Origin: Asterias rubens
Lineage: Eukaryota
Direction of reading: 5' to 3'
DNA: 64,000 bases
NCBI RefSeq assembly: GCF_902459465.1
Contig: NW_022985708.1
Span: 62,001 to 126,000 of the forward strand
Position numbers and translations under genes: made by a program. The notes under the pieces were generated by a model. That model had not been told where the DNA came from and made no database searches. It saw only the letters and a program-made list of their open reading frames with translations. This document shows positions 24,101-38,095 of this stretch, piece after piece. The stretch's first letter is position 1. Every line of letters starts with the position of its first letter.

Positions 24101-27100
24101 TTCTTTTCTGCCAACAATTGCTTCTAGAGTTATATAGTCCACAGACAGTGCAAAATAATAATTATGAAAGTGAAAGAGTTCAGCTGTCAAATCACAAGTT
24201 TTGCAATATTATTATGAGGTTTTATATTTAACTTTAAGTTTTCTAACCATGTATCTCAAGGCTAAGAAAACATAGGTACCACCCTATTTGTCTTAGGACA
24301 TGGGAAAGAACATGTGTATGCTTGAAAGTGTTTCTCACCTGCTTGAATATAATAGCCCTTTGGAGTAAAGTCAGTGGACTGTGAATAGCTGTACTCAACT
24401 CCCAAAAGCTCTTGCTCTGAAGGATCTGGGTCATCTTGGTCCATTGTGGAAGAAAAATTGGGCTGAAATAAATTCTTTTCTTTCCCAAACAGGATTTCGG
24501 CATGGTTGTTGAGCCTCTGTACCTGTCTGGGATCGAAGCATGAGGTTCCTGTCATCCCTCCAGCAATCTTCCGCTTGTTCATTTTACCATTCCATTGAAC
24601 GGCGAAGGAGATGAGATAAACCTGGTAAGAGGGACAGAAAATGACTCGCCACATTATAGAGTACATGTTTTTAAATGAAATTTTAACATACCTGTCAAAA
24701 TGCACTTTATAATGAATGTATTTTAAATGCATACATTCTAATTTGATTGACAGAACAAAGGAGTGACAGAATGAAAGAGGAGTCAAACCTGTGCGCATCA
24801 CTCAACATAGACCTGAATCTGTCCTCCATCAGGGTCAACACAACTTAATTCAGAGGTGAACTGTTTTATCAAAATGGACTAATGCTCATTATTTCTGACC
24901 ATGGAGTGAAACCAGTGAACATGTTCTTTTAAGACCATGGTCAGACCTGTCCTACTAAATTGGTAGTTTTTTTTTATTAAATGTCCATCTGTTCTGCTTG
25001 TTCTGAGTGATTGATTGCATACACTCTATACTCAAGTGTGAGGCACAACAGGAATTCTTAAACTTGTCACAAAATGCACCATACATGTGTATGTACAAAA
25101 GAGGTGCTACTTTGTAATTCTGACTGAACATATGATACCAGAACAATATAAATGTAGACGCTAACCTGGAAAGGAATTATTCCACATCGCTTCGAAGGGA
25201 TGGCATTTAGTAAGTGGGAATGGAGCCCTTCCAAGGCGTTGCTGCCTCTTCTACATCTGTATTTGTTCAGTTTTACCCCATTGATAGTAACAATCTTGGT
25301 CGTAACGTACAGCTGGACATTTGGTGGATCCTGAAAATAATGACCAAAATGTTGATAATTCCGAAACTTTTATCAAAAGTTCTGCATATAATGTTTTTAC
25401 ATTCTAAAGTCAAATCTTCTGGCACTAAAACTATAGCTATAACTATAGGGAAAACGATAGCGCTTCTGTGTCCCATATCTAACGTGGCCGAAGGCAGAGT
25501 TGGATATGGGATGCAGAAGCGCGTGTGTGATAATGTCTTTATCTTCAAGCAAACTTGGCGCGCAGTTAGAACACACCAGACGCAGGGTGTGATATGGGCC
25601 ACGAAATATAGGTTTATATCACACTCTTGATAGCTATGGATCAACCAATCAGAATCAAGGATTCAAGCCTAGTTTAAAATAATTTAAATCATCAGTTTTA
25701 AATTTGTCATTCTGTTTAACACTTAGAGCATGTACATTGGGGTCTTCTATAAATTATGTCAGACCTTCTCTTTTTGTACAAATTGGGAACAGTCAAGACT
25801 TAACGATCACTGCATAATTTGGTTCTAAAATGAAGTATAGTAGGGCTTAAACAGATATGGTGTCACACATTTAAAAGTTTAACACTTACTCCCAAAGCAA
25901 TACAGCCTGCAGATTGAAAAAAAAATAGTTTAGCTTCATCACTTGTATCGGGACTGTAATATTCTGATACCAGTACAGGAGCATAGATGCTTGTTGTTAC
26001 AAGTTAGTTGGACACAGGGGTACAGTGTACCGATACTGGATTGTAACAAAATCACCTTTTGCGCTGTCAGTGTTGTACAGATCAACTATTAGCAGGCTAT
26101 TGCTGTGTAACGTAATAACGCACTGTTTATTCTTAACTGCATACAACTCAGATGTTTACTAGCAGTTTCCCAATGCTTATCGACAGCTTCGTGTGATTTG
26201 AATAAAGGGATGCCATCGATGTCTAGCCCAGCTCGACCCTAAAACTCTTCCAAGATGTACTCAATAGCAAGTGCACTCTCCTGCAGAAACAAACAAGAAA
26301 TCTGTTTAAATGAACTAATTTTAATAAATCATGATTCCTTAGTTTTTCACATACTTAATTCCTGAGTGAGCAAGAAGACAAAACAACAGTGAAAAGTTAC
26401 TGATGGGTATGTTTTACACTTAACAACATCTGAACATCAACAATGCAAAGATCATTTTTAGTTCTTGAAAAGAAAATAGGCACAAAATAAATCAGTTTAC
26501 CTGGACACCACATGTCGCTCGCCGCACGTAAGATGATGCCTGATATGGCTTGACGAAAGACAGCATTTCGTCATCCCGGTACTGCGAGAAGTCCCTGTCC
26601 CCTTTTCGGATGGCTTGGATCAGTTGGTTCATGTCATGCTTGTTATATGCCAGTACTGCACCAGCTAGAGCACTAATAAAAACTCCATACTTGGCATGTG
26701 ACTGCTTGATCACTACAGCTTCCCATCGGTGGAGCCAGTGCCAAATGTCAAGTCTGATGACCATACCATCATCACTCCAGTCCTGGAAGAGGGACTGAAG
26801 TCATGAGGCCCCACCATCCCTGAAACAAATGCAATCAGAATTGAACAGAAATTGTCAACCATTTCCACTTTATTCCATATAAATGTTATGGTGAAAATAA
26901 GCATACCTCATAGGTTAGTTTGCCAAAGTGTATGATCGTTTGAACAGAACACAATCTTACTACTTAGCGATTTAAGATCACGGAAGAGGCCATTGTTGAT
27001 GAAAGTATTTTTACAGTTCAAAACAGTTTGAAAGCCGTTCGGTGAACAAACATATGAACCATGATGGTCAAGGGGTTCTTTGTAAATCAATTATTGATTG

Positions 27101-29542
27101 GGGTTGTAGGTTCGAGGGTCAGCATGCTGTTTCCCCATGAAGAGAGATGACTCTGCTAATTTCCTGGTAATAATAATGGCTGTGGAATGGGACTATGGTG
27201 AAAAGCTGATATGGCGGCAAATTACCAAAGCACAAAAAACTTGACCTACCTACAACAGTTGTTGTCAGCGTAGAGCACTTTTGGCGCTGCAGCATTGGCA
27301 CGTTTAAAGCGTCTGATGAGTCCCTGAGCAAACCTCCTGTAGCAATTCTCCGACTCGGAGGTGACCACAACAGTTGTCAGAAACTGGCCACTCGTTCAGC
27401 ACACTGGTAACATAATGCATGGTGCCTTTTCCATCTCCATAAACTTTCTTAAGAACCTGTATATAGCATACATGAAACGCAAAATTACAGCTGTGGTAAA
27501 AAAAATCTGTCCAAGACCGATTTCTTCATGTTCATCTTCAATAAGGGAATAAATGTGTGGTGACAAGCTCTTAAAGGGTAGTTGAGAACGAGTCACTGCT
27601 CTTTTTACTTGTCTGTTTTCCAACGTTCTTGAGGTCTGTTAATGCTGGTGTGCATTTTTAGAAGGCAATTTTTGGATAGCATTTGTGTGCATAGTAATGC
27701 ATCCTCAAATCCATGCTATCCGAAAACAACCGGTTATAAACAGCTCTGGCTGTGCCTTTATCAACCCTAACACCCCCGCTTGACATGCTCTCCAGAAATA
27801 GGGATAGCAAAACTGTCTGGGGTATTTCTGAGTTGCAATTTAAAATCAAATTTTCAATTACTCTTACAGAAATATTAAAAGCTCCTTTTTCTTCAACACG
27901 ACAAAAAAGTACATTTTGTTTTAATTTTCACTTTCTGGCTCAAGATTTTTTTCTAGATTTAATTTTTTACTGTGCCATAGTAGTACTTTGGTAACGAAAC
28001 TGAAAAAGGTCAGAATAATAAAAAAAAATAAAAAAAATAGAAATTTACCTGTTTTGTACCATCCATGCACAGTGTCTCTCCAGTCACACTCGTGATAATT
28101 GATCGGTAGACAGACATCTTTTCCATCTCAACGATGAGTTGAGCTCTACGGAGGACACGGGGGACGCGGGGTGTAGTGTTGGTCAGTGAAGGAGAGTATA
28201 CCACGCTGTGATTTAGGTGCTTTGCTGGCAGTATGTGCCTCCATCAGTAGTGTCTGGTACAAGTCTCGCCTCTCTGCATACCATTCGTCATGGCCTTGCT
28301 GGATCATCCGGTGCACCTTGGTCATAGACACAGAATTGAGCCTGTCACTCAGGAATGTCACCACATTCTTGTCTATAGCCCGCTTTCCGCAGATGATGGC
28401 TGGGAACATGCTCCTAACTGCTGGAGAAAGTTGCATGAGGATGCTTGGGCTGAAGGCATGCCATCGATATTGGAGTTGCTGATCATCTTCACTCTTGGCC
28501 TGCTGTCTAAGTCTCATGCAGGGATTGCGTTTAAGTCTTTCCGTCAAGAGGGTGTAGTCGTTCCTCATGCCGCATACTTGTCGAGCAGTGTTTCCATAGC
28601 CGCTTTTGGTCAGGTAGCTTCCTGGTGGAGCAGGACACTTTGGATTGGGGCACTTCATCTTGATCTCCATCACTCCAACTGGTCTCCAGAAGAGGACAGG
28701 AGTGGTGAAGAAAGACAGCATAGATGGCAAGGACCCTTTTCACTGAAGTTGGAAGAGGTGGGGGATTAAATTCCATCTTCTTCTTGAAGATTTGCCGAGT
28801 CCCAAATTCTCCTTTGGCAGTAGTGTACATCTTTGCACTTTCAAAGATGCCATATGGCCCATCAGTCTTTAGCCATCGGACGTTTGAGGGAGGGATGCCC
28901 TGAACTTGCGCTGGAGGCTCGTCCCAGAATTTCTGCCACCCTTCCTGCAAGGTAGAATCATCCACAGAGGACAAAGATCTGTCTGCTGATGACGTCGAAG
29001 GTCTGTCTTCTGATGGCAATGTTGCTGTTGATGAAGGCAGAAGCTTTCCAACAGATGTTATTTGAGTGGACACACCAACCCCCGAGTCTATGAGTACATC
29101 CTCTGAAAAGTCAGAGTAAATACCAATTTTAGTTTTAAACAAATAAGAAAAACAAATGATGCTACATTCTTTCAAATGTACCATATTTTCACCATAAATG
29201 AGCTATTTATATAAAGATGCAATAAGGATCTACAGCAAAGGAGTAGGTCACTGTCCATTTGCTCGAGCCGTCACCCCCTACCTATAACCCAGAATGAGTC
29301 GAAGATTAAACGCCTTGTAAAATTTGAATGTTCTGCCTACACTCAACATTTGTTGTATATTTTACAGACACGATCTGGATACTTTGGTACCAGTATACAG
29401 AAAATATAAAAGATATAATAGGATCATGACCTGCCCCTTTAAATTTGTAAAGATCAGAGCAAAGGGAAGAAACCATATAGAAAGAGCAAAATGAAAAGTG
29501 ATTGGAACAATCACACAACATCAAGATTAGTTAGTAATGCAG

Positions 29543-29895
29543 TAGCCTTGATCAAGGCGCTCTAGCCAGCAGCGACCTGCATATCCGAGTACCCACTGAA
29601 TTCGGCCAGCGCACATGCCCCCAGCCCCATACAAAGCGTGCATATAATACGTGTGCAGCGTATGTACATGTACATCACATGGTACACCTATCGTACATGA
29701 GTACTTTCTGTTTGAGCCACGTGTACGAGGTTGAAAGTAGAAAGACAAGACCGTACTCACGACTTCGCTATACTGTTCTCGCTGTACAATGTACTGTACA
29801 TACAATATATATGTGGTTTGTATATGCACAGCGTGCAGACTGCCGAACCACCGGACTGGGGCACATACTACGCCAACAGCCTTGAGTCAAGGCTA
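29543..29895. mobile_element. Mutator-like MITE in a Dada intron
   Basis: Termini TAGCCTTGATCAAGGC / GCCTTGAGTCAAGGCTA; 9-bp flanks GTAATGCAG / TTAATGCAG (8 of 9 match). Confidence 0.7.
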
Positions 29896-30616
29896 TTAAT
29901 GCAGTAGAATAGATAATCACTTTTATTTACAGAAACAGAAATAAAGTAGTTACAGCTACCACATCTACAGAAAGAAACACACTGAAGCTATCACAGCTAA
30001 ACAGAGTTATGCCAGGTACAGAAACAGCTATGCCAGCTACAGAAACACAGCAAACAGAGCTACAATATCAAGAATACTAGGCAAATTAGAGTTACCTCAA
30101 CACCACACAAAAACAAAAAGTTCTCACCAATGCTGCGCAATGCACTTCAACTTCGAAATGAAAACTGAAAGAAAATTTTACCAACATTGAAGATGGAAAC
30201 ATCAGAAACTGTCAATACTGATAGGCATTCATCATCAAGCAGGGTATTGTTCATTTTTGTTTTTATCAAAAACAGTTTACCTCAATCTTTTTTAAAAGAT
30301 TACAGACAAAAAATCAACTGTAGCTTACCTGCCATTGCCAGTAGTTCAGCGTCTTTTATATAGTCATCATCAAAGTCCCCTGCTGCGGTAGGTGCATTAA
30401 CTTTTTTCTCCTCCCGCTTCTGCAAATGAAAAAAGAAGCATCTTTCTAACTTCCTGTTCAATTGAAATTGCAAGTCAAACTGTAATGATTAGCAATGGGA
30501 TCCATCTCAGTCAAGCATGTTCGTGTATGTTCTATATAACTCGTCTGACTCGTCGCTGATTCTCTTCATGGCTTATACTTAAAGTAAAACCATCTCGTAT
30601 TTTATTACACCATTAA

Positions 30617-30776
30617 GCCCGGTTCATACTTCCTGCAAATGCGAATGGGAAGCGAAATTGACGTCACAAACCTCCTTTCGCAAGTGATTTGCACAGAATT
30701 GAACTGCTGGGAGTTATTTGTTGCAAATTTGTGACGTCAACATTCGTATCGCAATCGCAGGAAGTATGAACCGGGC
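30617..30776. mobile_element. TTAA-flanked MITE
   Basis: TIR GCCCGGTTCATACTTCCTGC at both ends with TTAA on each side; superfamily unresolved. Confidence 0.8.
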
Positions 30777-32250
30777 TTAAGTCTTGTATTTTGGTTCTTT
30801 AGTTCAGTATGCTATCATCCCATGAGTTTGGGAGAACTTTATGCAATGGTCATGCCCCACATTATGATTACAGCTGGGTTAAACTAAACTAATCTATTTG
30901 ATACAAATACATGAAGCTACATGTGAACCCAGTGAAACCACTCCCAAAATAATGGTGAGATACTGTTCATTGTATTTAAAACTTACCTTCAGTTTGTTGT
31001 CAAGATGGCACTTCACAGAGGGAAATTCATTGACAAATTCTAGCAGTCTCTCTTTCTGCCAGAGCATGCTGGAGCACTTCTCACCATGAATGCTGAAGGC
31101 ATCCAATAGCCACACCACCAAGCCAACATCGTTCTCAAGGAGCCACTTGAAACTTTGGCCGGAATACTTTCCAAATTGGATGACTAAACTGGATCTCCAC
31201 AAGGAGCCACTAATGCCCCTTGCGTCTGATTCAGCTTTCTCTGGATGCCACTCATTGTCAACTGGGGTCTTATAGGAGCGACCAGCTACATGTGTCGCTT
31301 CTTGGGAGCATTTCAGTCTTGCTTCTCCACTCTTGAAACTGGGTATTGCTGGATAAAAATGCTGCTTTGAGTGACGATTTAAGTTTTGTTTTAGTGTAAA
31401 CTTCTTGCTGCAACCTGGGCATTGAAGAAGTTTTTCCTCATGTGTTTTGAAGTGTTTAGTCAAGTTTGATTTTACATAAAACTCTCGATGACACTTGTTG
31501 CATTCGTATGGCCTCTGCTTTGCCTCCATCCTGACCTGTTATTGTTAATAACAACAAGACATAAAATTAAAAGTTTGTCTATTTAATTTAACTGAAATTT
31601 TCGCTAAAGTAAAACATGTGGTTTGAACAGTACAACAATTTTCTTAATGGTACATTTTTAATATGAGTCATGACTTTCGATGAATGTTGTACACGAAGGG
31701 GGTGGGGATAGTAAAAACCGAGTCTGGACTCGAGTGTCAGGGGTCAATTTCACCGCCATGGTGTCACCATCTACCTCCCATAGAATGGATGGTGTCACTG
31801 TAACTCACGGCCCCATTCCACACTCGACCCACCCCCACTGGCACTAGACATTAGAGAGTAGACTCTGGGTTTTTTATTAGTCCCAATACTATCAGATGAA
31901 TTGCATTGCATCCATCTAAGAATTATTCACATCCTCTGTTTTAATAATTAAGAAAGTAATATGAGAGGTGTGTTGCAGCAAGAGCAAATGGCAGGATGGA
32001 TCTGCGGAAACTTTTTCCCATTAAAATTCCATATATATACTTCGTACGTACACTTCAAGAAATGTATGCCTTTAACCGGCCAAGAAGTAATCGGATCTTG
32101 CATAAAATTTACGTTTTCTTACTTACTCAGTAGTCTCAGCAAACACCATGAACAGAAGCGATGGCTGTCGGATCCATGTGTCATCTGTCAGCTCGACATG
32201 TTTTTGTCGTGCTGTTATTTATGGAAAACAGGAGTCACGGTTAAGCTCTC

Positions 32251-35200
32251 TTAGGATGAGCAACCCTGGATACTTACTGAAGCAGCATATCCGAGGGGAT
32301 CGAATAGGTTGTTGTTGATGGTAGACAATACCCCACGTCTTGTAAATGGCTTGTCACTGGTCGTCGCTTGGAAGGTGAATGTGTCTGCTGCCAAGTCCCA
32401 CTGAAGGCCCAAGCTCCGCTGTGTTTGAAGGGAGTCTTGTCCAAGGTCAAGGTTCTGAAGCCCTTTGGCGAGGTCTTCTTTGGGAAAGGCTTTCATGACA
32501 TCTGAACTGTGTTAGATGCGATTTTGTGAAGACGAAGATAGGACTGTGCTAGCATGTCTTGTGATTTCTCCAACACTTCAACAGCCTTGCCCACACTGGG
32601 AAATGACTGAAGCCCGTCATCGACGTAGAAATGACGATCGACGAAGAGTCTTGCTTGGTCACCATACTCTTCATGTCCTTCTGTAGCCGTTCTCTTAAGT
32701 CCATAGATTGCTACAGCTGGTGACGGACAGTTGCCAAATACATGGACCCTCATGCGATAGTCCAGGATGTCCCAATCGAGGTTGTTGTTGTCAGACCAAA
32801 GAAAGCGGAGGTAATCTCTGTTCCTTCTTGACGAGAAAACTATGGAACATCTGCTGGATATCGGCCATGATGACTATTGGTTCACATCTGAAGCGAATGA
32901 GAATGCCTAGCAGACTGTTGTTGAGATCTGGACCTCTGAGTAGCACGTCGTTCAAGGATACATTGTCATGTTGAGAGCTTGAGTCAAACACGATTCTTAT
33001 TTGGCCCGCTTTCTTCGGGTGATAAACACCTAAGCTAGGTAGGTACCAGCACTCTTGGCCTGGCTGGAGTGGTAAAGCTAACTCTGCATGACCACTGCTG
33101 AAGATCTTGTCCATGAATTCAATGTAGTGGTCTTTCATCTCGGGTTTCTTGAGAAGAGTGCGACGAAGAGACATAAGACGGTTCACTACTTGTTGTCTGT
33201 TGTTGGTTAGGCGTCGCCGGGGGGTTTGACAATCTTCATTCATGATGGAGAGGAAAGTGTCGTCTTCAACTGACGGGGCCAACTTGTAATATTCAGGAGA
33301 CTCAAGGAAGACATCAGAACCGATACTATCTAGCTGTTGTTTCTCGTGTCTGGAAGTCTTGTTGACGAACATTTCCTTCACATGGAATTTGCTCTCACAG
33401 GGTGTTAAGTAGCGTGGACGGCCGTTATCAAGGATACTCGTTTTGAAGCTATTGACGGCTGGTTTGTGAGCTCCCCCGAGGCAGACATCTCCCACTATGA
33501 CCCATCCCAAGTCCAGTTGTTGGGCGTAGGGGGCAGTGTGGGGTCCGTTGCTCTGACTGCGAACCTTGTGGACCTGAATTACATCTCTGCCAAGTAGAAG
33601 AAGAATCTGCGCTGTTTGATCAAGCGGAGGGATAATGTGAGCGATGGCCTTTTTAGGTGAGGATGATGACTTGCAGCCTCAGGAGTTGGAATTTCACATC
33701 GATTGTTTGGGATAGAGTCACACTCGAGGAGTGGTGGCAAGGCCAGCTGGACTTCTTCATCTGCTGATTGTATTATGAAGCCGTTAGCTCTCATTCCATG
33801 AGCGCTTGTTGTGCCAGAACATGTGCGGAGTTCGTAGGGAGAGGTGTCTCCAATAATGTTGAACATGTCAAAGAAGGCAGACCTGGCAAGCGAGCGGTTG
33901 CTTTGATCATCTAACATCACATACACCTTCACCTTCATGTCAGGTTGGCCCTGCGGATACACGCTGGCTAGACATATCTTGGAACACGATTTTCCAGGTA
34001 GACCATCTCCACAAACGTCTGTGCAACTTGTGGAAGCTCCTGATGGCTCTTTATTGGGTTGCTCCCCGCCATGGTTTTCCACAGGCAAAGAATCAGTTCT
34101 TTTCCAAGGTGGCAGGCCATTATGAAGGGCGGATACATGACGATCGCTGTCACACTCGGTGCAGCGAATTTTCCCATTGCAGTCGTTTGCCATGTGAGAA
34201 GTAGAAGCATAGCACCTGTAGCAAATAGCATGCTCTCTGAGAAAGGCCTTTCTTTCCTCCAATGGTTTTGCTCTGAAGCCACGGCACTTTCTGAAGGAGT
34301 GGGGTCTCTTGTGAATGGGGCACTGCTTGTCTGGGTCCATCAGTTCATTGGGGGCAAAGGTCGAATTTTTCTCCACCTCAGTCTTGTGCACAGCGATTGA
34401 GGGCTTTGATATGAACGGACTTGGCGTGAGCTTATGGCTTGTGGATGTCGCCGTGCTGGACGAATGGAAAGCAAAGCTTGGATCAGTCCTCATGTCGGCC
34501 TGTGAGTACACAAAGTCAGCGAAGAAGGTAAATGGGGGAAAGGAACATGATGCGTTTTCTTGTACATCGAGCCCTGAGTTAACCACTTTTCTTGTAGAAA
34601 TTGAGGGAGCTTTTCAACAATCGGATTTATATCCCTCTGGAAGTGTCCAAGTAGTTAAGTCCGGGTAGGTTGTCTTCAAGCTTTGCTGCTTTCACTTCTG
34701 TGAGAAGATCTGCAAGTTCATGTAGTCTCGGGTAGTCTCTGTTTCCAATCTTAGGGAAGGTGTCCAGACGAGAAAAGAGTGACTCCTCTATGGCCTCAGG
34801 GGACCCATATATCTTGTCCAACCTTTGCCATACCTTAATTAGGCCATCTGAAGGATTGTTTATGTGGACTGCCCTGATCCTCGTAGCATGCTGAAGTGAC
34901 TCTCCACCAAGCCACCTAGTAAGTAGATCGAGTTCTTCACTTGCTTTTAGGTTTAATCCCTGCGTAACATTGCGGTAACTGGCTCTCCATGACAAGTAGT
35001 TCTCTGGCCGATTATCAAAAACCTTGAGTCCGGCTGTGAGAAGGTCTCGACGAGCGAGGTGGGCTGTGAGGTCAAAGACATCTGAATGGCTTTGCAAAAA
35101 CGGGTTTGACCTCACGTTGTCATGATATCGTCCGACTGATTGGTCAGTGAATTGTGCAGTGTGTAGAAAGGGATGTAGCGCACCAGCTTGCGAGGGCGGA

Positions 35201-36348
35201 GTATAGAAGTCGGGCGGATCCAAGGGGGGTTGAGGATGTGAGAGAGCTTGAGATTCAACAGCGGTGCTTTGTGGGTGCGAGTGTTCATCAGGGCTCTCTT
35301 TCGGATTAATCTTAGCAGGCTGGTTATCGGTGTGGTTATCATGATGGTCAAAATGTGCATTTATGTATTCTTCCGTACGTTGCTCGGGTTGGACTGATAG
35401 GGCAAGATGATTGGTGATGCTTGATCTATCCTCAGTTTCTTTGGCATTTACAGCTGCCTCCAGTGTTTTAGCAGCAGCCAATGCAGATTCAGCTTCACCT
35501 TCTTCCTGCATGGCGAACAGCATAGCGTCAATGCGTGCACGTTCTACCTTCATCTCGATTTGACGCCTGGTGTAATCAGCTTTTATGCGTGCGGCCTCTG
35601 CTTTAGCACGTGCCTCTACTGCAGCCAAGCTGATGTGTGACCTGGTTGAACATCGTGAAGATGAGGATGATCCGGGTTTGTGTTCTGAAAGTATCTCCCA
35701 GTTCTGAGAAACTCTTGGAGGAGATGACATTTTGATAGTAGTGTTGCAGGGAACCACCAGTTAATGAAGATGCTCTTGTTGAGAAGCTAATCTTTTCACT
35801 CTTCTGACCCTCACTAAGTCGAGTACGTGACGAAATTAGTCAGAGGCTAAACACTATTCCACTGTCAGACTGTCATTTGTTTCTTTATTGGAACCAGTGT
35901 GAAACTGTAATAAACAAGAATAAAACATACATTTAGTTATAAAGCATAACGTGAAGGAAGCCTTAAAATATAAAAAAGCTGACATAGAATGTGTAAAGTC
36001 ACAAAAAGGACCCTAAATCCATGCTGAAATACCAAACATGAGAATTGCCCAGTTTCCGGACAAACGTTGAACGTGTAGTGCCTTCGCAATGCACACATGG
36101 TAAAAAACTACATGTAAGGTGCACATGTTTTAAGGACAGTAAACTAGCCTGAAAACACTAATAAATCGAGCGAGCTAGACAAGGAATGATTTATAATAAG
36201 ACAGAATGAAAAACTTACAGATTGTGCTTGATCCAAGGGAAAAAACAAGGATGTTGAGGCTCAAAACTGCAGAATTAGACGAAGGCTTTATAACGGGAAA
36301 ATGATAGATGCGAGTAAAAATAATGAACACTTGAGGGCGCTATCTACA
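32251..36348 (-). mobile_element. BEL/Pao LTR retrotransposon, 3'-truncated and frameshifted
   Basis: Gag 34627-35757; Cys/His knuckles and protease VMLDDQSNRSL at 33579-34586; RT (RIVFD, LLRGPDLNN, ADIQQMF, HVFGNCPSP, YVDD) at 32493-33510; start of RNase H (TRRGVLST..FDPLG). No integrase or second LTR. Confidence 0.9.
35800..36348 (-). repeat. Putative 5' LTR of the BEL element
   Basis: Starts TGTAGATAGCGCCCTC on the minus strand, contains AATAAA, and ends just before GTGAAAAGA upstream of gag. There is no partner LTR to confirm the boundaries. Confidence 0.5.
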
Positions 36349-37284
36349 AAGGCGAGAGGCCTATTAAGTTCTCGGGGCAAGACATTAACTTTGCCAAAAA
36401 GTGCATTAATCATCAAAAGTGCATAAATCAAGTGCATTTTTGTTCATCTAGAGAAACATTTTTATTAATGCATTGCAAAACCCATCGTATTTTGAATATA
36501 AACCCACACAAAGTAAAAACTGAAACTTAACTCGCTATACCTTGGTATTAGATTGTGAAATTTCTTAGGTCGAGAACCAGTCAACTGACGTGTCACAAAA
36601 CTTTGTCTCCTCTTTAAAGTTGAACGATGGTTATGCAATGATCACTGAATGCTGAGCCTTTCATTGCAGTCTATGGTCGCAGTCTAGGTATCAGCATTGT
36701 CTATAAACTGCGTCGCGTGTCAATTTTAGTGTCGCATGCCATCGCGAATGTGATCGGTTACTTAAATCGTCCTCAAACCATGAACTTCATCGTCTCTGTT
36801 GATATAAGGTAGCAATAGAACCGAGGCATGCCGCATGATGATGCACGCTATAGGGACCAGCTTCATCAACTAATACAATTTTGTATTGAATTTTGTTGTC
36901 TATGTTATGTTGGTGGGAAAAATACCACGGTATAACAAAACAACAAATGTTGCACGCTATGATGGAGTCCATAGGTTTTGAACAACATGGACCACATGTG
37001 AGCGTGCAACAATTTTATAATATGACTGGTTAGAACCTCTTGTCAAACTTTGTCTTTGCAGATTTGGTTCGTCAGAGATATGGGGATGCGGAAGCAGCAA
37101 AAGTGAATCGTCACATCACAGAGAAAATTGCTGACCTAAGGAAACTAGAAAAAAGGACTAGCCTTCCAAAAGAATTGTAGATTATCATCCAACTGTTTTT
37201 TTTTCTGTCTCTCTCTCTCTCTTCGCCTACAGGAATAAGTACCATAAACTTAATTTATGTGACCTTTGAAAACCATAAAAATAA

Positions 37285-37777
37285 GGGTCATTCCGTGTCA
37301 AATCAACAAATTTTCAGAAAGACACCGCCCGTGTCACCCAGGTTGACCCTGCGATCAATTGAAAAATGTTTACTTATACACCAAATTTCAGCTTTGGCAC
37401 TCGACTTTTTCATGGTGTAGTGGCAATTTCAGTAATAAAACACCTAGGGAATATAGGATTGATTTGACCCCTCATGTGGGCACAGGGCTTGGGCGACCCC
37501 AAAATATCACAACAACATTTTCTGATTAAAGTGCCTACTTTGGGTAACTAGAAAATTAAAGGAGATACATTTAAATTGTTTGCAGATTCATGAAATTTTG
37601 AGCTTGAGCTCTCTACCTGGTAAAAAAACTAAATTATAAGCTTTCAAAGTTGGGGGAGAAAAAAAAAACACTGTTCGCGTCTCGCGCGCGCACACAATGC
37701 CCGACTCAACCAAATTCCATAACTGTGTGAGGGTCATCACCTGAGGACCACTGGTTGATTTGACATGGGACTGACCC
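37285..37777. mobile_element. MITE (PIF/Harbinger-like)
   Basis: GGGTCATTCCGTGTCAAATCAAC at the left and GTTGATTTGACATGGGACTGACCC at the right; flanks TAA / AAA. Confidence 0.65.
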
Positions 37778-38095
37778 AAAAGCAAAATACATTTTATCTT
37801 CCAGTACGCGCTAATCCACCAATCAGATGCTTGAACTACTAGGGGGATAAAAACATTTATAACACCCCTTACAAATGTTCTGCCTTTTCATTGGTTTTAA
37901 GCGCGTCACATGATATGTCTTAGTTTTACTATGCAGCGGCCGTGTGATAGTGCATTGTTTGTCGTGTGATAGTGCGTCATTTGCCGTGTGATAGTCCGAC
38001 GCTATCACACGACATGCAGTACCCATACTGACGAACGTTACGTGTACAAAGATGACTAATAGTGACTGCTTCAACCCAAAGTATAGAATAGTTAA

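Larger units (their letters stand above)
22610..31529 (-). pseudogene. Multi-exon Dada-like (DUF6729-type) DDE transposase with two N-terminal C2H2 fingers
   Basis: Ordered motifs: 2x C2H2; IQFGKYSGQSFKWLLENDVG; LFWRP..CPNPKC; LCMDGTK; GTMHYVTSVLNEW; PKVLYADNNCC; IRLDIWHW; DIDGIPLF; ELLGVEY; LPGYDDVEKLA; ESRLL; CAACHVPKC. In-frame stop near 26245 and frameshifts at several sites. Confidence 0.75.
21153..31700 (-). mobile_element. Dada-type DNA transposon (degenerate); 3' end abuts a truncated 5S gene, 5' boundary uncertain
   Basis: Contains the multi-exon transposase below. The 5S sequence stops at CCTCCTGGG (21152) and novel sequence follows. Confidence 0.65.

Noticed and set aside
30180-30430. 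Short acidic minus-strand exons as a separate gene
   Set aside because: They lie between Dada exons in the same orientation and are treated as part of that gene.
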